64,000 bases of DNA. Source: a virus. The stretch spans positions 15,024 through 79,023 of IMG/VR virus record IMGVR_UViG_3300009136_000001, one strand, 5' to 3'. Made by a program: the position numbers and the translations under genes. Numbering within the stretch: position 1 is the first letter of the stretch; every line of letters begins with the position of its first letter. Below, piece after piece: positions 56,794 to 64,000 of this stretch. The notes below the pieces were generated by a model, which did not search any database, was not told the DNA's origin, and saw only the letters and a program-made list of their open reading frames with translations.

Positions 56794-57130
56794 GGATAAT
56801 TCTCTGAACAGATTTATAATCCATATCCCCCATTAGCAATGTATCCAGCACAGCATTGAGGCGGGTATTCTCCTGCTTTAGTAGCGCAGCAATCTGTTCT
56901 TTTACAGCCTCCAGCTTATCTCTGAGTAGCTGTAGTTTGGTGTTCTCGATACCATATTGGAATACACTGTCCTCCAGCGTAGCAATCTGTTCTTTTAGTG
57001 ATTTGATTTCAACGTGCTGCAATGCCCACTCGCCGTAAGTTGGAGTCTTCTCCAGCACAGCAATCTTGGCTTCCAACTCTTTGATGCGCTTGTTACAACC
57101 AGAACCACATACACAATGTAAATCATTCAT
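56771..57130 (-). CDS. Modular coiled-coil hypothetical protein
   Basis: Two KEQIA modules and an LNAVLD module. Confidence 0.55.
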   Translation of the reverse strand: MNDLHCVCGSGCNKRIKELEAKIAVLEKTPTYGEWALQHVEIKSLKEQIATLEDSVFQYGIENTKLQLLRDKLEAVKEQIAALLKQENTRLNAVLDTLLMGDMDYKSVQRIILESRNHE

Positions 57131-57133
57131 GTT

Positions 57134-57631
57134 TTATATTGCCTTCTTCCATGTTGCAGGGTAATACACATGTATAGCACGTTCTTCCATGAGTTCTTTC
57201 CACCCTTCCAGGGCAAGGTTATAAACTGGGATATGAAATCCATGAGCCATCCGGACTGATTGTCCAGTGCCTCCAGTGATTTCACCTTGGGGAGTCCAGC
57301 ATACTACGAAATCAACTGGGTCGTTGAGTTCCTGTCCTAACAGGATCATGGCATTGCGTCCATGGAGCTTACGCACGTAGTCAGAGCAGGCACCCCAGTT
57401 GGGATGATACTCTTCAGCTACGTCCATAGCATCGTCAGTGCAGTCTTGTGCTCGGAAGATCTGCTTACGATCATTGTCTACGCCGCACTCAAATGCACTG
57501 TCAGCACCTTTCGCTCCGCCTGAGCGTAGTATGTAGCCTTCAGTTTCAAGGGCAGCAGAGATGATACACATCTGCGTGAGTACAAAGTCAGGTGTTGCTC
57601 TGGCTCCAATGCCAGCATATAGTTCGTTCAT
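57134..57631 (-). CDS. SLOG/DprA-Smf-like nucleotide-binding protein
   Basis: YAGIGAR.TP, LRSGGAKGADSAFE, RN..ILLG, VVCWT, GGTGQ. Confidence 0.8.
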   Translation of the reverse strand: MNELYAGIGARATPDFVLTQMCIISAALETEGYILRSGGAKGADSAFECGVDNDRKQIFRAQDCTDDAMDVAEEYHPNWGACSDYVRKLHGRNAMILLGQELNDPVDFVVCWTPQGEITGGTGQSVRMAHGFHIPVYNLALEGWKELMEERAIHVYYPATWKKAI

Positions 57632-57635
57632 ATAC

Positions 57636-57980
57636 CTACTCCGGGAATTTGTAGTTGATGGATTTGAGTAATGCTTCAGCAGCTGCGTTGGTGTCCTCTG
57701 TGTACAGACATCCTGTCATGGTATACAGTTCATCGGTGAGATGGCGGATAGTATCCCGTTGGTGATAGATCCTTGGGTCTGTCCAATCCACATCACAGCA
57801 GCATTCACGTTCACAATAAGCATTACACTCACAACCCTCACCAGCTGGAGGGTATTCGTTGCCTAAAGTAACCATGGGGACTTCCAGCTCATCAACACGA
57901 ATTTGCAGGTCTGAAATGGCACCTTTCAATTGTGTGATAATTCGATGGGCCTGTCCCCGTGATACAGGTCGATTACTCAT
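57636..57980 (-). CDS. Hypothetical protein with Cys cluster
   Basis: CECNAYCERECCCDVDWT. Confidence 0.55.
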   Translation of the reverse strand: MSNRPVSRGQAHRIITQLKGAISDLQIRVDELEVPMVTLGNEYPPAGEGCECNAYCERECCCDVDWTDPRIYHQRDTIRHLTDELYTMTGCLYTEDTNAAAEALLKSINYKFPE

Positions 57981-58348
57981 ATGCTGTATTTGACATCACT
58001 CAGGGTTTCGAGAGCGTCAGCAAATCCACCGACCAGCTGTTCACAGTTCGTCAGGTATGTAGCGAAGTCAGGTGCTCCAGCTTCACGGGCATATGCTTCC
58101 CAGTATGGCAGGATGAAACGAGTGAATATCTCTCGTCCTTCTTCACCAGCTCCACCAAATGACATCAGCATTGTGGTAGCTGACATGCATTCACCAGCTT
58201 CGACAGATTTGAGCATGAGTTCTTTAACGTCTGCAGGTGATGGGGAAGCTTTGGCAACATTTGGTACTATCACAGTCAGTGCGATAACCAGGGCGATAGA
58301 TCCGAGGATCTCAACAGTGGTGCTTTTGATATCTTGTAACTTAATCAT
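57977..58348 (-). CDS. Exported/membrane-anchored hypothetical protein
   Basis: N-terminal TM/signal (AKA). Confidence 0.55.
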   Translation of the reverse strand: MIKLQDIKSTTVEILGSIALVIALTVIVPNVAKASPSPADVKELMLKSVEAGECMSATTMLMSFGGAGEEGREIFTRFILPYWEAYAREAGAPDFATYLTNCEQLVGGFADALETLSDVKYSI

Positions 58349-58369
58349 GGGTATTACCTCTTAGGTGGG

Positions 58370-58639
58370 TTAAAGCATATCCTTATGCCAGAGTTCAAAG
58401 TATTCGTGACAGTCGACCCATTGTGGTCGATCCAGTTTATCTCCTCCCCCTTCACTGGGGAAGAATGTGTTGCAGGATAGCATTGATAGCAGTCCATGGC
58501 TGGGTGCATGAATGAAGAGATAGGGATCATTGAATTCTCCCTTGCAATACGCTGAGTAGCGTATGTAAATATGCCCAGGGATCCAGGCATGGTTTTCTGT
58601 ACCCTGTTCGCATTGTGCTCGTGGTGTAACAATCTTCAT
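58370..58639 (-). CDS. Hypothetical protein
   Basis: ATGA-coupled to the upstream gene. Confidence 0.45.
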   Translation of the reverse strand: MKIVTPRAQCEQGTENHAWIPGHIYIRYSAYCKGEFNDPYLFIHAPSHGLLSMLSCNTFFPSEGGGDKLDRPQWVDCHEYFELWHKDML

Positions 58640-59037
58640 TTGATCACCACGTTGTGCTTCTTGAGCGTAGCCTTCTTCACGCCCTTGAGCGTCTTCTTCA
58701 TTACAGCAGTGTCCTGGTCTTTCTGGACATCATCAGCAATGCGTTGATCCCATTCGTTCATTTGTTCCCATGAACTGGTAGGCACCATGGATACTATCCA
58801 TTTGTACTTCCACTGGACATCCATGCTGATCTCTCCAGCCTCAATAGCTTCCTCGCATACTTTACAGATGGTCATGCCATTGCTGGGAGTGTTGACTACG
58901 AGGTAGGTATCAGGCAGGTGGGAGTCGTACCATGTCTTGTAGTGGTAGACTTTGCTGGATCCTTTGAATCGAACAGCCACAAGCTTAACCTTGTTGACTT
59001 TCTGGATTGCATTGATGATTTTATTGATCGAGGTCAT
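58636..59037 (-). CDS. Conserved phage hypothetical protein
   Basis: VAVRF....VYHYK...VVNTP....YKWIV. Confidence 0.6.
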   Translation of the reverse strand: MTSINKIINAIQKVNKVKLVAVRFKGSSKVYHYKTWYDSHLPDTYLVVNTPSNGMTICKVCEEAIEAGEISMDVQWKYKWIVSMVPTSSWEQMNEWDQRIADDVQKDQDTAVMKKTLKGVKKATLKKHNVVIK

Positions 59038-59354
59038 GTTTTTGCTCCAAATAGTAGTTTACCCATCTTGTAATTGTTAACAATTGCCTTGGTGGGTGGT
59101 GGACAAGTGGTTGAATTCATCACCATATCGATTGATATGCCTTTCATGCGACAATACGCTTGTAACTGTATGATTGTCAAGCCCCTAAACAAACAGTTCC
59201 TGAATTGAGCAGAGTAGAAGAAGCAATGACGCTCATCACAATGTTGAACAAATGTGCTGTGTCTCAGCTTATCCATCTCCTCGTCGACAGTTGCTTGCTT
59301 CGCCTCAGGTATAGGTTTACTGTACTGTCCCAGTGGGTCATTCGGTGTGGACAT
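59034..59354 (-). CDS. Hypothetical protein
   Basis: Strong AGGAG RBS; first gene after the terminator. Confidence 0.55.
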   Translation of the reverse strand: MSTPNDPLGQYSKPIPEAKQATVDEEMDKLRHSTFVQHCDERHCFFYSAQFRNCLFRGLTIIQLQAYCRMKGISIDMVMNSTTCPPPTKAIVNNYKMGKLLFGAKT

Positions 59355-59438
59355 ACACTTCTCCTGAGGCTGTCTTAGGGTAAATCGAGGGATTTTGATG
59401 AAATCAGTCTTAAGTATTACATCTCCCTCTCGTATGAA

Positions 59439-59476
59439 TAAAAAAATGACCTACCCTCCGTAATGGAAGATAGGTC
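59439..59476 (-). terminator. Terminator after RNAP II
   Basis: GACCTA...TAGGTC stem followed by a T tract on the - strand. Confidence 0.6.
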
Positions 59477-59494
59477 GAAAAAGTGTTTTAAGGT

Positions 59495-60505
59495 TTAGGA
59501 TAACATGTAGCGAGAATTCCTGATAGAATCACCAAGATATTCGGTAGTCTTGGTTATCATGATTTTCTTGCCAGTTATTTCGGATAAGATATCTGATAGC
59601 AGAGTGCTTTCAGCGATCTCAGCCATAATATCCCGGTACAATTGGCATGTTTCCTCGAAGTAATTGGGATGGAACATGAAGCAGTCATGAATATGGCATA
59701 GCTCGTAGCCTTGTTGCTTGGCTCGGCGTACCATCTCGCGTGCAATGTAACCATCAATGCTGTGAATCACGTTGGGTGCCAGGGAACGGTAGTTGTGGTT
59801 CCCCTCGTTCACCCAGTAAACGTAGTCCAGGTCGATATCATACTCAGGTATAAACGAATTGCCATGTTTATATGTCATGGTTCTCACTCGTGATACATGA
59901 CCATCAGGTAAAGTCCATTGATGACTTAATGCTGAGCTATCCCAGCACTCGTTGATGGCTTGCATGACTTGTTCAGCCCCTTCGAAATTGGCTTCTAACA
60001 CTTGATAAAATGCATCCAGCTCCTCTTTGTTCAAATAGATACGAGGAGTTTCTTTGCTGTTGTAGTAATGGGTCATCACTGGCTTTTTGACCTTTGCCCG
60101 ATGAACTTCATGACCTGTTATATCACCCATCTCGGTGGCTACAGTTTGATACAAATCCTTTCGTACCAATGGTTCGACCATGTTTACTTCATAAGCTGTG
60201 TTCCTACAACCTGATAAAGCAGCCATGATTTGAATACCACTCGCTGTGGCATCCAGTTCACATAAATACCCACTCATATGCCCTTGGATGGCATCTGTGT
60301 AGGCGATAAGCGCTTTAGCCATGAGGATTGGCTTGTCCGCTTCAACAGGAACAGTGATTTCACCAAATCGATCGATCATTTGCTCTTCCGTATGGTAAAA
60401 CCAATCTATCCTTTCTTCGAAAGTGAGGCGATCATAGCCATAATGATTAGCGACCATGATCTTTACTGCGTTAATACCATTAAGACTTTGGCTCATAACA
60501 TTCAC
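59495..60505 (-). CDS. RNA polymerase II subunit 2 (N4 gp16-like)
   Basis: YGYDRLTFEERI.W, motif A LDATASGIQ, motif B RAKVKKPVMT.YY, LAPNVIHSIDG, motif C IHDCF. Confidence 0.92.
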   Translation of the reverse strand: MNVMSQSLNGINAVKIMVANHYGYDRLTFEERIDWFYHTEEQMIDRFGEITVPVEADKPILMAKALIAYTDAIQGHMSGYLCELDATASGIQIMAALSGCRNTAYEVNMVEPLVRKDLYQTVATEMGDITGHEVHRAKVKKPVMTHYYNSKETPRIYLNKEELDAFYQVLEANFEGAEQVMQAINECWDSSALSHQWTLPDGHVSRVRTMTYKHGNSFIPEYDIDLDYVYWVNEGNHNYRSLAPNVIHSIDGYIAREMVRRAKQQGYELCHIHDCFMFHPNYFEETCQLYRDIMAEIAESTLLSDILSEITGKKIMITKTTEYLGDSIRNSRYMLS

Positions 60506-60701
60506 TCTTGGGTTCAGTGTATCGTGCTATGGGAGCAGCACGAAAGCCCTTGTTCCACCAACGATCAGCGGCATCCAATACTTCTTCGGTGAGTGCTCTA
60601 TCACAATCAACACCGAAATGTGTACAGTCCTTTGCAGGACAGAAGGTCATATCTTTATAGTGGATCATAATACCCTCCATACGATGGCATATAGCGCCCA
60701 A
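60480..60701 (-). CDS. Small Cys-rich protein
   Basis: YKDMTFC...C...CDRAL. Confidence 0.55.
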   Translation of the reverse strand: MGAICHRMEGIMIHYKDMTFCPAKDCTHFGVDCDRALTEEVLDAADRWWNKGFRAAPIARYTEPKSECYEPKS

Positions 60702-60865
60702 AGTGTTGATCCTATCCCAGTACCCAGGATGTAGAATGAATACACGTACGTCCAGTTGGCTTTGTTAGCATTGAAATCAGCTAACGTCATAGCACTACTG
60801 ACTAAGAAATACCAGATAGCAGCTATTACTACGTTGGTGATGACGATTTGATCGATTAAAGTCAT
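60665..60865 (-). CDS. Small membrane protein
   Basis: Two hydrophobic helices, ATGA-coupled. Confidence 0.5.
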   Translation of the reverse strand: MTLIDQIVITNVVIAAIWYFLVSSAMTLADFNANKANWTYVYSFYILGTGIGSTLWALYAIVWRVL

Positions 60866-61539
60866 AACAATATCTCCTCTTTATGGTGTAAGTTAAGCAA
60901 AGCTTTCTTGTACTCATTGCCTTGCAATTGAATGTCATAGCCTGTGCTATAACAACGACCTCGCTTATCGTATTTCCACTCAAAGCGAAAGGGCTTACCA
61001 AGCAGTCCAGCTATCATATGGTTAAACTGTTCAGTCTCGAACAGCTCAACGTCCTTGTAGTGGGTCAAGATATCAGCATCTATCTCGAATTCAATGCCCT
61101 GTAACGTATTCAGGACATCAACAGCTTGTTTACCCCAATGGTGATTGCCTCTGCCGAGTATCACCTTATCACCCTGGTGTCGATGCTTGGGTGAGTACCA
61201 TTTGTAATCAGGCTTATTGATTTCTTCGAACACATCATCTTCAAGCTTGTAACAGCTCTTGATGCTTAAGCCTTTGCCCTTACGGATCTCGAATAGTCCT
61301 ATCTCTCTCAGCTTGAGCAAGCAACGACTGCCATACTCAAATGCTTCATCAGGACGATCGACAAGCCCAGCTGCATTGCCAAGTTGCATGGCTAATGACT
61401 GATAGGCTATTGGCTTACGGGTTGTAAGCAGGTTAAAATACAGTGAACGTACTGCATCCATGTTTTGGCACACGTTCCACACATCGAAGTACATGTTATC
61501 AAGTGGAACTTTCTTCATTACGATATCAATGGTTTTCAT
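60862..61539 (-). CDS. RNA polymerase II subunit 1 (N4 gp15-like)
   Basis: ILG..NHH...AVDVLN, KYDKRGRCYSTGY..QLQGNEYKKALL; ATG 61539 with a GAGG RBS. Confidence 0.88.
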   Translation of the reverse strand: MKTIDIVMKKVPLDNMYFDVWNVCQNMDAVRSLYFNLLTTRKPIAYQSLAMQLGNAAGLVDRPDEAFEYGSRCLLKLREIGLFEIRKGKGLSIKSCYKLEDDVFEEINKPDYKWYSPKHRHQGDKVILGRGNHHWGKQAVDVLNTLQGIEFEIDADILTHYKDVELFETEQFNHMIAGLLGKPFRFEWKYDKRGRCYSTGYDIQLQGNEYKKALLNLHHKEEILL

Positions 61540-61576
61540 GGCTACTATCCTCTGGCTGGGTAATGAACGGAGCTGA

Positions 61577-61616
61577 CAAAACATATGTACTACACCATGG
61601 TTAGATGTAGTACATA
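61577..61616 (-). terminator. Early-region hairpin/terminator
   Basis: TATGTACTACA...TGTAGTACATA 11-bp inverted repeat, followed by TGTTTT on the - strand. Confidence 0.55.
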
Positions 61617-61625
61617 CGTAGGGAC

Positions 61626-61817
61626 TTAGAACGCCGCGAAAGGGTTCTCGCTTGCTTGAGCTTCAGCGTGCTCAACAATCATGTCCTTGCTGCCGTTAAG
61701 CAACGCACCAACCTGTTCCTGGGTGACAGTGATGTCTTTCTTCAGGTTCAGATAGCCGATGAATACGCCCTTTGCATTCTTCAGGACGTAAGAGTTACTG
61801 TTGTCATTCTTCTGCAT
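61626..61817 (-). CDS. Small early protein, possible N4 gp1/gp2 (Drc)-like ssDNA-binding RNAP II cofactor
   Basis: GGAG RBS, IGYLNL core, ENPFAAF tail, positioned upstream of RNAP II. Confidence 0.4.
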   Translation of the reverse strand: MQKNDNSNSYVLKNAKGVFIGYLNLKKDITVTQEQVGALLNGSKDMIVEHAEAQASENPFAAF

Positions 61818-62127
61818 GATATTCTCCGGATTATCACAGGGCAATATTACCCAATCACAAGAGAACAAACAGACCAATACCCGCAACAATCCCCACAAAT
61901 ACCCACACCCCCAGACCGAAGCCGGGAACGAGGTGTCTTGAGCAAGAACAAGCAAGAGATATAGTGATAATTAACGAAGGGAAGGAGTTGTGTCAATAAA
62001 TGTAGAGGCACCCGGTTAAGAGTGCCTCATTGTTATTTATAAATGAACTGCGATTAACGTGATATCGGCAGCATGGTGATACCTCCTGTTGGTAGTTGAC
62101 GGATGTCTAACAAGGGTAGATATATGA

Positions 62128-62310
62128 TCACCTCCGAAGGTCAGGGTACTTGTCCCTGATACGATGTATGTCGCTGATTGGATCGATCTGTGCTCTGACT
62201 GCCTCCACAGTCTCTTCCCACTGTTCTTGGTTCATGTACAACAGGGCTTGCCCATATGCTCGGCTCACCCTGTCCTTGCAGTATAACGTGATGAGAGATG
62301 AGTCGTCCAT
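62128..62310 (-). CDS. Early hypothetical protein
   Basis: ORF in the early region. Confidence 0.45.
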   Translation of the reverse strand: MDDSSLITLYCKDRVSRAYGQALLYMNQEQWEETVEAVRAQIDPISDIHRIRDKYPDLRR

Positions 62311-62492
62311 TACTCATCATCCTCATAGGTGACTGCACCCTTGTTCTCCCACTCCATGATGAGCAGGATAGCGATTGCAATGATTGCGTACCACATGGTT
62401 AGTTCCTCTTGGATACCAGCAGTGCCAGGAAGTATGGCACGACTATGGCGATTGAAAAGATGGCAATGAGCGTATATTTCAGCATGTCCATA

Positions 62493-62789
62493 TCACTGCT
62501 CCAGGGCTGTTGCAGGACACTCCAGCACTGATACATCTGTGCCATCAGCCTGCTTCACGGTTACACCACTGAGCACACGTTGCCCACTGGTGATGTAATT
62601 GACGTTGCCTTCCAGCATATGGCACAATACATTGGCATAACTACGATTGATGATGTGCTCATAAGCACGCTTACTGGTGCTCTTGGGGAACATGCCACCA
62701 TCGTAGATACGAGTGGTTTCAAAGACAGTCCAATCTTCTGCGTCTTTCATTTGTCCTACATGGTAGGATGTAAAGGTCATGGGTTCCAT
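62493..62789 (-). CDS. Early hypothetical protein
   Basis: AGGAG RBS. Confidence 0.55.
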   Translation of the reverse strand: MEPMTFTSYHVGQMKDAEDWTVFETTRIYDGGMFPKSTSKRAYEHIINRSYANVLCHMLEGNVNYITSGQRVLSGVTVKQADGTDVSVLECPATALEQ

Positions 62790-62843
62790 GATTATCTCCT
62801 AAGTTGAATGATAGCCCAGCTATGTAAGCCTGGGCTGTTGTCC

Positions 62844-63116
62844 CTACGCCTTGTAGGATGGGATGCCATTGAAGAACCGTTCAATACGGTCACTGGCGTA
62901 TCTCGGAAGCCTGTTGTTGGCTTCGATAACACTGTTGAGCACTGACTGCTTGGTTTCAAGGGTGATCTCTTCCAAGGGCAGTTCATCTACCACGATACGT
63001 GGCAATGTAGCTACTTCGATACTGTGCATTGGATAATGCTTATTCATGAGTATACTCCTGAGTTGATGAAATTGAGGTGCAGAGGCGCAGATAGGTATTA
63101 ACGGCACTATTCTCAC
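62844..63116 (-). CDS. Early hypothetical protein
   Basis: Likely start at MNKHYP with an AGGAG RBS. Confidence 0.5.
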   Translation of the reverse strand: MRIVPLIPICASAPQFHQLRSILMNKHYPMHSIEVATLPRIVVDELPLEEITLETKQSVLNSVIEANNRLPRYASDRIERFFNGIPSYKA

Positions 63117-63549
63117 ACCAGCGTTAGGCTGTATGAGTCACGTGCGGTTTAGCAGAGGTCACAGAGGACGTACATTATACTGTCAAGGGCTTACACCAAC
63201 CACAAGAGAACACCCACTCAGAGGGTACACACAAGCTCACAGGAAGAGAACTTGTCCATTGAGCGTCAATGTCCATGTTATGTGAACAGAGCTTAGGAGT
63301 GTACACAGAGCCTGTGAGAGGCATAGTTGTTAAGACTATACTTAGGCTGTCTACTATAGACTGAGCCTATAGATGACCAGAGCCTGTATTCAACAGGTCA
63401 ATACAGTTGACCTTATGTGATAATAGGTCAATGCACATGACCTATATGATGGACTACTGAGGTACTACTCAGAGACCTAACAGTTTACTCACTGGTGAAT
63501 AGTTCTTTCTTTCATATCCTTACTATCTTAGTGTTTATGTTGTGTCAAT

Positions 63550-63580
63550 GAAAAGCCCCTATACCCGAAGGTATAGAGGT
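63550..63580 (-). terminator. UUCG-capped hairpin/terminator
   Basis: Minus strand reads CCTCTATACC-TTCG-GGTATAGGGG-CTTTT. Confidence 0.6.
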
Positions 63581-63849
63581 AGTGATTACTTCTTTGGAGT
63601 CTTGGTAGGCTCCTCGTTTAACTCATTGACTAAGCCCTGTACGGACTTATCGAATAGCTCTGCAAGTAGAACAAAGCCATGCAGTACGTGAGTGAGTATG
63701 GTCTTGATTGATGACATAGTATGTCTCCGGTAGTTGGAAGGATATCCAAACACAAAAGAATCCTTTATCTACAGGTATAGGGGGGGTACTTACTAGTTGA
63801 GAGATAGGGTACCTATAGTGAGCTACTCTGATAAGTACATTATGCATCT

Positions 63850-64000
63850 GGATAATGTTTTTAGAAATTATAAGTTTTAACTTATTATTTTAGGTCTAAA
63901 TTATAAGATATACCTTATAGGGTATATTTTTACTTTATACCCTTTAGGGTATAAATATAGCTTTACATATATTATATATTTATATATATTCCCTATACTG
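63850..64000. other. AT-rich palindromic region, probable genome end/terminal repeat
   Basis: Very AT-rich and ORF-free, with two TATACC...GGTATA palindromes, upstream of the early genes. Confidence 0.45.

Larger units (their letters stand above)
55874..57000. repeat. Dispersed 20-35 bp direct repeats shared among adjacent small genes
   Basis: 55874-55893 = 56142-56161; 55968-55987 = 56842-56861; 56054-56088 ~ 56663-56697 (33/35); 56883-56904 ~ 56976-56997 (21/22). Confidence 0.85.

Noticed and set aside
55874-57000. CRISPR array or DGR template/variable repeats
   Set aside because: The repeats differ from each other, are irregularly spaced and coding; there are no cas or reverse transcriptase genes, and mismatches are too few to show an adenine-specific pattern.
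63172-63187. Sigma70 promoter TTGACA-G-TATAAT on the - strand
   Set aside because: The hexamers are only 1 nt apart, not about 17.
63647-63847. 66-aa ORF near the end
   Set aside because: No clear RBS or recognisable features; lies in a likely non-coding terminal region.

Overview
This window is most of an N4-like (Schitoviridae) podophage genome from a Gram-negative host, since it encodes spanins. The + strand (1-34300) carries the late genes: a partial amidoligase, an HTH-metallophosphoesterase, a lysis cassette (M15 endolysin, holin, i/o-spanins), a minimal SPOUT methyltransferase, large acidic tail/receptor-binding proteins, portal, scaffold-like gp57, major capsid, gp55-gp51 equivalents and a 3235-aa virion RNA polymerase. 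The - strand (34295-64000) carries four tRNA genes (two canonical, two structurally degenerate), the middle replication genes (RuvC-like resolvase, SSB, Sak4-like ATPase, primase, exonuclease, a family A DNA polymerase split into two genes, vWA/MoxR pair), RNA repair genes (Rnl2-type ligase, Pnkp-type phosphatase), many small accessory ORFs, the two-subunit RNAP II, and an AT-rich, hairpin-rich end. No terminase or Dda/RecD-like helicase is visible. The most notable observations are a thermonuclease-like N-terminus on the vRNAP, degenerate tRNAs next to a pseudoknotted RNA, a tRNA repair/modification gene set, a cluster of small genes built from shared DNA modules, and several multibranch ncRNA candidates. 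All assignments come from reading motifs and synteny by eye; no searches were run.
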